Made by a program: the position numbers and the translations under genes. Shown in pieces: positions 1-8,777 of a stretch of 64,000 nucleotides of DNA (the stretch's first letter is position 1; each line of letters begins with the position of its first letter). Origin of the DNA: Candidatus Harrisonbacteria bacterium (lineage in GTDB: Bacteria > Patescibacteriota > Minisyncoccia > UBA6257 > 02-FULL-45-10c); contig JACPTS010000001.1 of assembly GCA_016192685.1 (NCBI GenBank), positions 529,099 to 593,098 on the forward strand. The letters are read 5' to 3'. The notes beneath the pieces were generated by a model, which did no database searches, had not been told where the DNA came from, and saw nothing but the letters and a program-made list of their open reading frames with translations.

Positions 1-3
1 AAC

Positions 4-32
4 AGCCATCGTAAAACGATGGTTTTTTGTTT
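4..32 (+). terminator. Rho-independent terminator/attenuator upstream of rplJ
   Basis: Hairpin ccatcgt-aaa-acgatgg followed by a T6 run. Confidence 0.5.
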
Positions 33-174
33 GGGGGATTGACAGATTTTATGGTTCTGATAAGCTATTATTAATTGGTCTCCGCAGACAGCAGGCATTT
101 TTATAAGTCCTGTTTAGGAAAAGTCCTATTTTTGTTTGCGGACCATTGGCGGTCTTTTTTAATTTTTAAAAAAT

Positions 175-684
175 ATGTTAACTAAACAACAAAAAAAAGA
201 ATCGGTAGATCAAGGCACGAAAAAGATTCAGGAAAGCGGCGCTTTAGTTTTTGCGGAGTATAACAAGGTTTTAGTTGAAGATTTTAAAAAATTGCGGCGG
301 GAGCTTAAAAAAGCCGGCGCGGATTTGAAAGTTTTAAAAAAGAGGCTGCTTAATATCGCGCTTAAAAATTCCGGAGTTAATTTTGATCCGATGACGGTCA
401 AAACTCAATTAAGCACGATTTTTGCTAAAGGGGATTTAATGTCTGTTGCCGGTTTGGTCCATAAATTTTCTAAAGATTTAACCAAGGCTAAGAAAGGTGA
501 ATTCGCGGTAATGGCTGCTTACGATTTGGCGGAAAAGCGTTTAGTGGACGCCAATGAATTTAAAGTGATTGCGACTTTGCCGCCGCGGGAAGTATTGCTG
601 GCGCAAATCGCCATGATGCTAACTATGCCATTAAAACAATTAATGATGACAATTAACGAACGGTCGAAACAAACACAACAATAA
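175..684 (+). CDS. rplJ: 50S ribosomal protein L10
   Basis: 169 aa with the typical L10 N-terminus and length, directly upstream of rplL. Confidence 0.85.
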   Translation: MLTKQQKKESVDQGTKKIQESGALVFAEYNKVLVEDFKKLRRELKKAGADLKVLKKRLLNIALKNSGVNFDPMTVKTQLSTIFAKGDLMSVAGLVHKFSKDLTKAKKGEFAVMAAYDLAEKRLVDANEFKVIATLPPREVLLAQIAMMLTMPLKQLMMTINERSKQTQQ

Positions 685-691
685 TTTTTTT

Positions 692-1063
692 ATGGAAAAA
701 TATAAAGAGTTATTAGATAAAATTGGAGATATGAAGGTGATGGAGTTGTCGGAATTAGTAAAAGCCATGGAAGAGAAATTTGGCGTTTCCGCGGCCATGC
801 CGGTTATGGCGGCTGGCGCCGGAGCGGCAGCCGGCGGAGAAGCGGAAGAAAAAACTTCTTGGGGGGTATTATTGAAAGAAGGCGGCGGCCAGAAAATCCA
901 GGTGATTAAAGTTTTGCGGGAAGTTACCGGAGTGGGATTGAAAGAAGCAAAGGATTTAGTTGATGCCGCGCCCAAAGTCGTGAAAGAAGGATTGAAAAAA
1001 GAAGAAGCGGAAGAATTGAAGAAGAAGCTGGAAGGCGCGGGCGCGACAGTCGAATTAAAATAA
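692..1063 (+). CDS. rplL: 50S ribosomal protein L7/L12
   Basis: 123 aa with an Ala/Gly-rich hinge ([14 protein letters not shown]) and a conserved C-terminal domain ([22 protein letters not shown]). Confidence 0.9.
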   Translation: MEKYKELLDKIGDMKVMELSELVKAMEEKFGVSAAMPVMAAGAGAAAGGEAEEKTSWGVLLKEGGGQKIQVIKVLREVTGVGLKEAKDLVDAAPKVVKEGLKKEEAEELKKKLEGAGATVELK

Positions 1064-1072
1064 AAATAAAAA

Positions 1073-1101
1073 GTACCCTGATTGAAATTAGGGTATTTTT
1101 T
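1073..1101 (+). terminator. Rho-independent terminator after rplL
   Basis: Hairpin taccct-gattgaaat-tagggta followed by a T-run. Confidence 0.55.
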
Positions 1102-1122
1102 ATTTATATTAAATATAAATTA

Positions 1123-1194
1123 GGGCAGTTAGTTTAATGGTAAAACGCTGCATTCACATTGCAGAGAGCATAGGTCCGATTCCTATACTGCCCA
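1123..1194 (+). tRNA. tRNA-Val (anticodon CAC)
   Basis: Manual cloverleaf. Acceptor GGGCAGT/ACTGCCC, D-arm GTTT/AAAC, anticodon stem CTGCA/TGCAG with loop TTCACAT, T-arm ATAGG-TCCGATT-CCTAT, discriminator A, no encoded CCA. Confidence 0.7.
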
Positions 1195-2741
1195 CAAGTA
1201 GTAGCTAAATTGAATATGGCGAGTTTACGGGTGCGGGGGTGACACAAGTAGTCCAACGGTTCGTTTAATACCGCTTGGACTATTTGTTTGTCTCTAATAA
1301 CTAATTTTTTAAAAAATGTTTTTGCCAGTAACGCTTTAAGTTCTGGCGAGGCCTTTTTATAGGCATAGTTGCAGTTTGCGGCCAACGCCAAAGCAATTTC
1401 AATTGTTTTTAAAACATTGGCAATTTTACTCTCTGATTTTGCTAATTCCTCGTTGAGTCTCTTTTCCTCGGTTTCTAAATCCACTTTAACGCTTTGAAAA
1501 AGTTCTAAATCGTTTTCGCTGGCTTTATTATCAATAAGTTGCAAAACAAGATTTTTCTTGCGTTGCTTAATACTTTCAATTTTTCCCAAAATGTCGGCAC
1601 GGGCTTTTTCATAAACTCCCTGCTCATCTTTAAATAAAGTTTTAATTCTATTTCTTATTTTTTCAACAAGGTTATTTGGCAATTGCACCACTTTAAGGAT
1701 TTCTGTGAATTGGTTTAAATAATCATTTTCTTGGCCATAGCTTTGATTACAATTAACCCGCTTACTGTGTTGCGATTTTAGGCAACGCAAATATCTAACC
1801 AAATCGCCATTTTTAAGAGTATGTTCCTCCACTGTCATTTTGCTGCCGCACTCACCGCAAAAAGCAATTGTTTTAAGTATTGAAAATAACCTGCGGTTGC
1901 GGCTACCGCCCCCCAGTCGGGCATCAAGTATTGCTTGTGCTTTTTCAAACAACCCCCTGTCCAAAAAAACTTCGTGCTTGCCGTTGGGGTTAATTAAACT
2001 GCCCCAATCAATAACGCCAATATAAAACTTATCCCGAAGCATTTTAGCTAAAAAACTGGTGTGCATTTTGCCGTTATTCTTTTTATGTTTCCGCAATGGG
2101 AACCCCTCTTTTTCTAAAACTTCAGTAAGGGTAGCAATTGAATAATTGCCAGTCGCAAAAAGTTCAAATGCTTTAATAACCCATTTGGCTTCTTGCCAGT
2201 TTATTTCAACCCACGCCCTAACTTTCCCCGTAGCAACTTTTTCCTGAACATTTTTATAGCCGTAAGGGGCTCGTGTAGGCCACCACCCCTCTTTTAATTT
2301 TTGATACATACCAGATTTAACCTTTTCAGCATTTTGCAAAGAAAAAAACTCAGCCACGGAGGATAGCACTCCTTCAAGCATTTGCCCCGAAGGGGTTTTA
2401 TCAGTTCCTTCGGTGGCCGAGCAAATCCTAATGCCGTGCTGTTCAAGGTCTTTTTTTATCAATGCAAAGTCAATGCGGTTACGAGCCAAACGGCTAATAT
2501 CATAAAATATAACCGCTTTAACGGTTTTGTCAGTTCGGCAACGCTCCCAAAGAACCCTAAATTGCGGGCGGTTGGCAGTTCTGGCACTTTCGCCTGCGTC
2601 AGTGTAAATATCCGTTGTTTCATCAACCCCATAGCCGTTTTGCTTGGCATATTCAAGACAACGCTCTTTTTGGGCGGGAATTGATAATCCTTTTTGGGCT
2701 TGGCGGTCAGTGCTAACTCGCAAGTAAATTAACGCCGTCAT
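1134..2741 (-). CDS. Large serine recombinase (integrase) of an integrative element
   Basis: N-terminal resolvase catalytic domain (ALIYLRVSTDRQ with catalytic Ser, IFYDISRLARN), long C-terminal recombinase/zinc-ribbon region (CGECGSKM...C), 535 aa. The 3' end overlaps tRNA-Val in antisense. Confidence 0.85.
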   Translation of the reverse strand: MTALIYLRVSTDRQAQKGLSIPAQKERCLEYAKQNGYGVDETTDIYTDAGESARTANRPQFRVLWERCRTDKTVKAVIFYDISRLARNRIDFALIKKDLEQHGIRICSATEGTDKTPSGQMLEGVLSSVAEFFSLQNAEKVKSGMYQKLKEGWWPTRAPYGYKNVQEKVATGKVRAWVEINWQEAKWVIKAFELFATGNYSIATLTEVLEKEGFPLRKHKKNNGKMHTSFLAKMLRDKFYIGVIDWGSLINPNGKHEVFLDRGLFEKAQAILDARLGGGSRNRRLFSILKTIAFCGECGSKMTVEEHTLKNGDLVRYLRCLKSQHSKRVNCNQSYGQENDYLNQFTEILKVVQLPNNLVEKIRNRIKTLFKDEQGVYEKARADILGKIESIKQRKKNLVLQLIDNKASENDLELFQSVKVDLETEEKRLNEELAKSESKIANVLKTIEIALALAANCNYAYKKASPELKALLAKTFFKKLVIRDKQIVQAVLNEPLDYLCHPRTRKLAIFNLATTCGQYRNRTYALCNVNAAFYH

Positions 2742-2744
2742 AAT

Positions 2745-3233
2745 TTATTTATAACAAACCTCTAATCCATAAAATATTCCGTCTATATTTTTTAGTGATT
2801 TTATGCGAAAAGGGTAGTTAGAATTATTGAGATTACTCGCTGTTCTCAATTTATTTTCTTTCCAATTTTCTCTTTTGGGATACACGCTTATTGCACAGCC
2901 AAGGCCACCAGCATCAATCAAGCGGCCACCTTCGTCATAAAAGATTCCTAATACAAGACCTTCTTTTTCCCATTCTGCCCAACCAACCTCATCTAAGGGA
3001 TAACCCTTGGGTTCTTCGCCACGAAGAGGTGAGCCAATAGCTGTTTTTATTTGAGAAAAGGATTTCCCAAAAAGAGAGGGGATATCAAATATTATTCCTT
3101 GAGTTGGTAATGGTGGTTGAGAATCGCCAGTTGATATAATCACAATAAATAGGATAAACAATGCAGCAAAGGTCATCGCACCAATAGCAAACTTTTTGCT
3201 TGGCCAAGTTTTATTTGAATTTTGTAATTCCAT
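2745..3233 (-). CDS. Hypothetical membrane-anchored protein (island cargo)
   Basis: N-terminal hydrophobic helix FAIGAMTFAALFILFIVIIS. No recognisable domain. Confidence 0.4.
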   Translation of the reverse strand: MELQNSNKTWPSKKFAIGAMTFAALFILFIVIISTGDSQPPLPTQGIIFDIPSLFGKSFSQIKTAIGSPLRGEEPKGYPLDEVGWAEWEKEGLVLGIFYDEGGRLIDAGGLGCAISVYPKRENWKENKLRTASNLNNSNYPFRIKSLKNIDGIFYGLEVCYK

Positions 3234-3296
3234 TTTATTTTTTTAATTATAATTGCGACCTTTTGGCTAAACCTTTTAGAAAATAAAAAGGGACAG

Positions 3297-3430
3297 CCAG
3301 AACCTGCAACCCACAGTATTGAAAGCCGTGAAGCTCCCAATTGTGGAGGTTTGGCTGCCCCTTTCTGCCCGCAATTGGGCTAAGTAGCAGCTCTTCACGG
3401 AAAAACAATACTGTAGGTTGCATTTTTATT
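3297..3430. repeat. Long imperfect inverted repeat / structured intergenic element
   Basis: tgcaacccacagtattg...ccgtgaag...caattg is mirrored by caattggg...cttcacgg...caatactgtaggttgca, giving arms of about 40 bp. Confidence 0.5.
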
Positions 3431-3489
3431 TTAACACCATATATTTTGATTAGTAAATTACTCCAAAATGTCTTTTGATAAACTTGGTG

Positions 3490-3852
3490 CTAATTTTCAC
3501 AAATTTTAATTGTTAATGGCGACTTTACTGCGGTGCGTAATACCACTCCTTTCTTCGCAAAATTAGTAATATAGTTTTGTAAGTAGTCATCCGTTACAGA
3601 GTTTTGGTCATAAACGATTAAAATCCGTCTAACAAATTCCGTGCTCAGCATTTCTTGAAGCTGATTTATCGTGCGGATATTTGCATCACCACATTCTTCA
3701 TCGGCAATACATTCGCTGATGTAAATATCCGTTTCTGGATTTATGTCAAAACCATTTTCCTTTGCGTATTCTAAACATTTCTCTTTTCGTAGCCCCAACG
3801 ATTCTTTGTGAGGCGCACATTTATTTAGGTAAATTAACGCTTTATTTTTCAT
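3490..3852 (-). CDS. Degenerate serine-recombinase catalytic-domain paralog (catalytic Ser replaced by Cys)
   Basis: ALIYLNKCAPHK...KCLEYAKENGFDINPETDIY aligns to the integrase N-terminus ALIYLRVSTDRQ...RCLEYAKQNGYGVDETTDIY, but the S-TDRQ motif is lost. 120 aa. Confidence 0.6.
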   Translation of the reverse strand: MKNKALIYLNKCAPHKESLGLRKEKCLEYAKENGFDINPETDIYISECIADEECGDANIRTINQLQEMLSTEFVRRILIVYDQNSVTDDYLQNYITNFAKKGVVLRTAVKSPLTIKICEN

Positions 3853-3857
3853 ATTTT

Positions 3858-4337
3858 TTAGTTATTAGCCAATATTTGCTTACGGGCATTATTTAATTTA
3901 TTAACAAAGTAATCAGCTTCATTTTGCGGTAATTGCTGCACTATTTCATATAAACTAAATTCTTTATTGTTATTGCTTTCTACTGGTTTTGGCGGCTCAA
4001 GCCGTAAAAGTTCGGCCTGCCCCCTTAAAAGTTTTTGCAGTGCATTCAATGCACCAATTTTGGCATTGCTATTATCCGCCTCACTAAAAACGCACCAGCA
4101 TTCTTTAATTGCCAAATCGTAAGCCAATACCTGATTACAGAAATAGCGGTCAAGGTTTAATTTTTTATTACGATTACCTACTCGCCGTGCGGCCACCCGC
4201 AAATATTCTTTGGCCGTTGCCCAGTTTTTAATTCCAAGCCGCCGCATTATTTGATATGGCTTTTTAACGCCTATTACAAATAAAGCTTCAGTTTCGTCTA
4301 ATAAATATTCTCGGTCTATGTTTTTATGATTGGCCAT
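3858..4337 (-). CDS. Hypothetical protein (island)
   Basis: 159 aa ORF in the leftward island block, no recognisable motif. Confidence 0.35.
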   Translation of the reverse strand: MANHKNIDREYLLDETEALFVIGVKKPYQIMRRLGIKNWATAKEYLRVAARRVGNRNKKLNLDRYFCNQVLAYDLAIKECWCVFSEADNSNAKIGALNALQKLLRGQAELLRLEPPKPVESNNNKEFSLYEIVQQLPQNEADYFVNKLNNARKQILANN

Positions 4338-4535
4338 AATGTTGGTTGGGTTTCCCCTAAATTGTGCAATTTTGGCACAATTTTACTTATAGAGTGCAAT
4401 TCTTGCACTATTTTTACTTGCTTTACTTTTAGTAAAGGATAGTATGCTAATTTTTAGCTTAAAATCTTGTTTTCTTTTTCTTGCCTGCCCGCAATGAGCA
4501 AACGAAAGTTTGCTCATTGCTTGCTTGTAAAGCAA
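4338..4535. promoter_or_regulatory. Intergenic cluster of inverted repeats (candidate operators or origin)
   Basis: aattgtgc-aattttg-gcacaatt, agtgcaa-ttc-ttgcact, and a perfect 13-bp inverted repeat gcaatgagcaaac-gaaa-gtttgctcattgc. Confidence 0.4.
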
Positions 4536-5030
4536 TTATTTGACGGTATTTTCTGGGTTATTCTCTGTAATATTTTGCCCATAATTGCAATTTGTTTTGT
4601 TTGTTTCTACAAATTGATTTGTGGCTTCTGACGGCTGGGCATTGGTTTTGCGTAACAATTCTAACAGTTTAATGACATTTATTTTAAAATGTCTTTTGGG
4701 CGGCACTCCCTCTTTTTTAACCTCTAAAATCCCTAATTGCTTCCATTTTTTAATTGCTGTGTCTTGCTCGCCTCGCGTTAGTTTTGTTTCTTGGGACATT
4801 TCCTTAATGGTTTTATAAATCCACCCGACCTTTTTCCCCTTTTCCCACCAAAAAAGCAATTGCGACATAAATAAACCAGCATTGGCACTTTTAGCTAATT
4901 CTGCCAATAAAGGGTTAAATGCTATAGGTTTTGCGGATAAGGCCTCTAACAATATCCTATTATAATTTTTGGGTAGTTTTCGGGTCATATTTTTTAGATT
5001 TTTTAATTTTTGATAGTGAGCCGTGCTCAC
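4536..5030 (-). CDS. RepA_N / replisome-organiser-like winged-helix protein (putative replication initiator)
   Basis: Motif LFMSQLLFWWEKGKKVGWIYKTIKEMSQETKLTRGEQDTAIKKWKQLGILE resembles RepA_N/DnaD-like N-terminal wHTH domains. Confidence 0.45.
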   Translation of the reverse strand: MSTAHYQKLKNLKNMTRKLPKNYNRILLEALSAKPIAFNPLLAELAKSANAGLFMSQLLFWWEKGKKVGWIYKTIKEMSQETKLTRGEQDTAIKKWKQLGILEVKKEGVPPKRHFKINVIKLLELLRKTNAQPSEATNQFVETNKTNCNYGQNITENNPENTVK

Positions 5031-5031
5031 T

Positions 5032-5052
5032 ATTTTGATAATGGTTTAAATC
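5032..5052. promoter_or_regulatory. 9-bp inverted-repeat candidate operator upstream of the RepA_N-like gene
   Basis: atagtgagc-cgt-gctcactat, directly 5' of the minus-strand start at 5030. Confidence 0.4.
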
Positions 5053-5139
5053 CTTTGCGACAAACACCAAAACACGAGCAATGGCATCAATTACCATTTC
5101 GGTTAAGACCCCCTTGTTATCGGGCTGATTTTCCATAAA

Positions 5140-5200
5140 TTAACGCCCCCAAGTAGCAGCCCGCCACCTTGAGGGCGTTAATTTATGGGAGCTGCTACTT
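5140..5200. repeat. Nested hairpin with aagtagcagc/gctgctactt arms
   Basis: ttaacgccc...gggcgttaa nested with aagtagcagc...gctgctactt. The 10-mer aagtagcagc also occurs at about 3383, and a near copy (aagtagtagc) lies just 3' of tRNA-Val. Confidence 0.4.
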
Positions 5201-5270
5201 TTTCAAAATTAAAAAGGGCTATATGCCCTTTATACACCCACTTTTTATTTAGCCCCGCCAACAATTGTTA

Positions 5271-6077
5271 CTATTGTTGTCCGTTAATATCAATATCAAA
5301 CCATTGTTTAATTAACTTTTTAATACGCTTAAATGCATTACCGACAGCTCCCGCCGTTGTTTTTAGTTCTTTTGCAATTTCACGGGCTGTAACTTGGTTA
5401 TATCTAATAACTACATCTTTTTTATATTCCTTTTCCAAGCCCCGAAGTTTTTTGGGAGAATAAGTGCCGCTCTTTTTAGCTATCACTAAAAAGCTGGACG
5501 GTAAATAATCCTTGCGCCTAACTGGATTTCCAATTCTTTTAATCAGCTTGTCAAAAATAACTAAATCTCTTTTAAATTGTTTTCGTGAGCGTATTGGTAG
5601 TGTTGTTTCTTTGGAAAAATAAAGTTTCTGTAAGTTTTTTAAATCATTTAAAGCCAGTTTTATTTCTTCTTTGTCTAAAAGGGCAAAAGTTTTAATAGAT
5701 AAATAATCAACCTCGCCGCTTTTTGGCTGGTGCTCAATAACAAAATTATAAACAGGGGGCACAATTTTATTTTTTAGAATGTAAGCCCTCAACCCATCGC
5801 CAAACAAGTTGATAAGGTGATAAGGCAATTTAAATTTTCGCCCCAATTGTTCTAATTGATTGCCGAATTTTAAATTGTCTTCTTTTTCATTAAGGGCTCG
5901 CTGCCAATTTGCCATTTGTTCGTCAGTAATAATACCGCTGCTGGGTATGTTGAATTGTTGTCTAATCGCGACGGCTTCTTTCTGGAATTGGGGTAATCTA
6001 ATCAATAATTCAAGCCGCATTCGGTTACGAAATGCGGCAGAACCCAAATTGATTGGTTTTTCGCGGCGGGCTGCCAT
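5271..6077 (-). CDS. Hypothetical protein with C-terminal HTH (sigma-70 region-4-like)
   Basis: C-terminus VTAREIAKELKTTAGAVGNAFKRIKKL is a helix-turn-helix. 268 aa. Confidence 0.4.
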   Translation of the reverse strand: MAARREKPINLGSAAFRNRMRLELLIRLPQFQKEAVAIRQQFNIPSSGIITDEQMANWQRALNEKEDNLKFGNQLEQLGRKFKLPYHLINLFGDGLRAYILKNKIVPPVYNFVIEHQPKSGEVDYLSIKTFALLDKEEIKLALNDLKNLQKLYFSKETTLPIRSRKQFKRDLVIFDKLIKRIGNPVRRKDYLPSSFLVIAKKSGTYSPKKLRGLEKEYKKDVVIRYNQVTAREIAKELKTTAGAVGNAFKRIKKLIKQWFDIDINGQQ

Positions 6078-6170
6078 ACAGGCATAATTTAAGGGACTGT
6101 ATCCAAAAAATCAATATACTACCAGCTTGTCTTAAGTAATTTTATACGATAAAATAAAAGCACTTAAAAA

Positions 6171-6359
6171 ATGATTTCCAACGAGGCACTAAAAGAATTT
6201 AAGAAAATTTGGCTTGAAGAAAAAGGCACAGAAATTTCTGATGCGGAGGCAATGGATGAAGCATCTAATCTTTTGACTTTGTTCAATGCTGTTTATCGCC
6301 CCGTGAAAAAAGAGTGGCTGGAAAACCAACCAGAGGAAAAAGGAGATAAAAAATTATGA
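6171..6359 (+). CDS. Small hypothetical protein (first gene of cargo operon)
   Basis: 62 aa, acidic. Its stop overlaps the next start (ATGA), consistent with translational coupling. Confidence 0.35.
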   Translation: MISNEALKEFKKIWLEEKGTEISDAEAMDEASNLLTLFNAVYRPVKKEWLENQPEEKGDKKL

Positions 6360-6961
6360 TTATAGACTTCCCAAAAATCAAAGAAAATTTACACAAAGGA
6401 ATGGAAATTTTCTTACGACAAGAAATTAACCGTAAAGCTCCTTTTGCGGCAACGATTGGCAAACACTTCTTTCACGAAGGAGATAAGTCCTCTTACGAAA
6501 CAGTTGACCGTGAAAAAAAAGCTCTTGATTTTAAACGAGGCGAGAGTCAATTTACGGTAACTCGTGATGAAATGAATAAGTTGACCATAAAAGACATAAT
6601 TCAAAAAGTTCAAGGTATCGCAGAAGATATGGCGGGACAAATAGAGCGTAATCTATTCCAAACAATGAACGAAACTATTGAAAAGTCTGGCAATACAATA
6701 CCTGGTAATCCGCCGTTCTCGCCAGAAGCATTTTTGAAGGGTCTGGAAATGGTTGAAATTGATTTTGATGAGGATGACCGCAACAAACCTCAACTTCCCA
6801 CGCTGGTGATGCACCCAGACCTTGCGAAGAAAGCCAAAGAGCAGGAAGCCAATATGACAGCAGAGGAAAAGAAAGCCTTTGACGAAAAGATGAAGGCGAT
6901 GATAGATAAGAAATATGATGATTTTCTCACCAGAGAAGCCAAAAGAAAATTGGTGGACTAA
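6356..6961 (+). CDS. Hypothetical protein (cargo operon)
   Basis: 201 aa, charged/coiled C-terminus, no recognised domain. Confidence 0.4.
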   Translation: MIIDFPKIKENLHKGMEIFLRQEINRKAPFAATIGKHFFHEGDKSSYETVDREKKALDFKRGESQFTVTRDEMNKLTIKDIIQKVQGIAEDMAGQIERNLFQTMNETIEKSGNTIPGNPPFSPEAFLKGLEMVEIDFDEDDRNKPQLPTLVMHPDLAKKAKEQEANMTAEEKKAFDEKMKAMIDKKYDDFLTREAKRKLVD

Positions 6962-8615
6962 ACTCCTCTCCCGCCTTCTTGGAACGAAACCAGCAATTCA
7001 GGAGAGCGTGAAGGAGTCCAACCCGTTTTTGGAGCGAACCATTGAAAATTGGTTAAACTCCGCAAATGAAATGGGTTATTTAATGCCCTTCAGCCAGCTT
7101 CTGTTAAGCGAGGAATTTAGTATTTGTCATACCTCACGTCAAAATGCTTTTGAGCAAGGCAAAGATGTGGTTGCGCTTGATAAGCACGGAAGCTCCCACG
7201 CCTTCCAACTAAAGGGCGGCAACATTACGCATAGCAGATGGCTTAAGGAAGTTAAAGGAGAGATTGAGGAATTGATTGATTTGGCTATTGAGCACCCATC
7301 AGTCAGTAAAGGGAGTAAGCACAAATCTTATTTGGTAACCAACGGTGAATTGGAAGACACGGTGCGAGTGGCGATTGATAATCTTAATTCAAACAAGTGG
7401 AAGGAAAACCCTCTTGAAGTGATTACCTACGGACAACTTTTGAGGGGGTTTGTGGCATTAAGCAATACTTTCGTGCCGCAGAAAGTTGGAAACTATAAAA
7501 CATTCCTTGATTTATACTTCAGCAATGGCGGCGGGTTAATTGACGAAAGGATTTTCTCTGATTTTATCGCTGATGTCTTGAGACTGAAGGAAGACGGTTT
7601 GTTTAAAGAAGAACGGCGAAGAAACGTTGCGGCGGCTGTATTATATACGAGCTACATCCTTGCTCCGTTCAAAAAAGAAAATAATCACATCGCAATCATT
7701 CAAATTCTTACCCTGCTTGGGAGTCATATTATGGCTGTGGCAGAGAAGTTTTCCCTCCCAGAAAAGTATTGGGAAGAATCATTCAAAATCATACAAGACG
7801 AAATTTTCCTTACTGGAGGTAGATTACAGGAAGAAATTACAAACGATGGGCTGGTTACGCTCGTTAATTCAATGTGGGATGGCGAGATTGGTAGTTACAG
7901 AAGGCATCTGGCGGTGAGCTATCTATTCTCCTTCAAGTTAGCTCAACTTTTTGAAAAGAACACTCTGTGGAACAATGCGGTCAATGATGCGTTCTTCGTG
8001 AAGTTAAAAGATTCAATGAAACTGTGGGGCGAAGGCGCAATCTATTCATTGATTGTATGCTTCCTGTATGTGAATAGGGCTTTGAGTAAAAAAGAAGATG
8101 ATAGAGCATTTTCTCCGCTCTTTACTGCCCTTGAGGCAGTCTTAAAATTCAATAGTCCAGATAGTAAATTTGGTTTGTTGTCGCCATATTACGGAATCAC
8201 GTTTGCAATTAAGCGGCGGTATGGACAGCTTGAGGAACCGTTGGATGAAAAGTTCACTGGGCGGTCATTCTTGATACGGTCTCTGATTGACCTTTTGGCA
8301 CGCCACAGTAGGAGGTTAGAGTTGGAAAAGTATTGGAGAGCTATAACACATATAGCCCAAGACAAATTCATTCCTGAAGAATTATGGCAACATTTTACTT
8401 GGCATTGTGATAAGGGCGATAATCAATCCGAGTTTTCCAATCAAACTCAAAGCTGGATAGAGTTAGTAAAGAATGCTAATGCAATTGATTTTGACTCAAT
8501 ACCAAAAACCATTCAAACGCATCTGTCTTTTTTACCTCTTTTTTTACTTGTGTATCCGCACAGAATAAACAGTAATTATATAAAATTTTTAGATGAAACT
8601 GTTAAAAATGCCTAA
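6915..8615 (+). CDS. Large hypothetical protein with possible N-terminal PD-(D/E)xK-like nuclease motif (cargo operon)
   Basis: 566 aa. GKDVVALDKHGSSHAFQLKGG fits a D...(E/Q)xK pattern. The rest appears helical. The true start is uncertain because of a 46-nt +1 overlap with the upstream ORF. Confidence 0.4.
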   Translation: MMIFSPEKPKENWWTKLLSRLLGTKPAIQESVKESNPFLERTIENWLNSANEMGYLMPFSQLLLSEEFSICHTSRQNAFEQGKDVVALDKHGSSHAFQLKGGNITHSRWLKEVKGEIEELIDLAIEHPSVSKGSKHKSYLVTNGELEDTVRVAIDNLNSNKWKENPLEVITYGQLLRGFVALSNTFVPQKVGNYKTFLDLYFSNGGGLIDERIFSDFIADVLRLKEDGLFKEERRRNVAAAVLYTSYILAPFKKENNHIAIIQILTLLGSHIMAVAEKFSLPEKYWEESFKIIQDEIFLTGGRLQEEITNDGLVTLVNSMWDGEIGSYRRHLAVSYLFSFKLAQLFEKNTLWNNAVNDAFFVKLKDSMKLWGEGAIYSLIVCFLYVNRALSKKEDDRAFSPLFTALEAVLKFNSPDSKFGLLSPYYGITFAIKRRYGQLEEPLDEKFTGRSFLIRSLIDLLARHSRRLELEKYWRAITHIAQDKFIPEELWQHFTWHCDKGDNQSEFSNQTQSWIELVKNANAIDFDSIPKTIQTHLSFLPLFLLVYPHRINSNYIKFLDETVKNA

Positions 8616-8777
8616 TTGGCGACACTCATTAAGTTGGCCGCCGCCAATCGATTAAAGCAATTCTCAAACAAAATACGCTGGTATTCGCTTAATTTTTGCG
8701 ATAATGTATTGATGTATTCAATTAGTGTCCTGTTAAGCCCACCAAAATTAAAAAAGCTTCGTTAAACGAAGCTTTTT

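Noticed and set aside
60-174. rplJ leader as an L10 autoregulatory RNA
   Set aside because: Only weak pairing (gcggacc...ggtc) was seen, which is not enough to call the L10 leader motif.
640-975. 111-aa minus-strand ORF
   Set aside because: Antisense to rplL. Ala/Pro-rich mirror of the L7/L12 hinge.
1840-2684. Plus-strand ORFs of 61 aa and 100 aa inside the recombinase gene
   Set aside because: Antisense to a strongly supported recombinase. No motifs.
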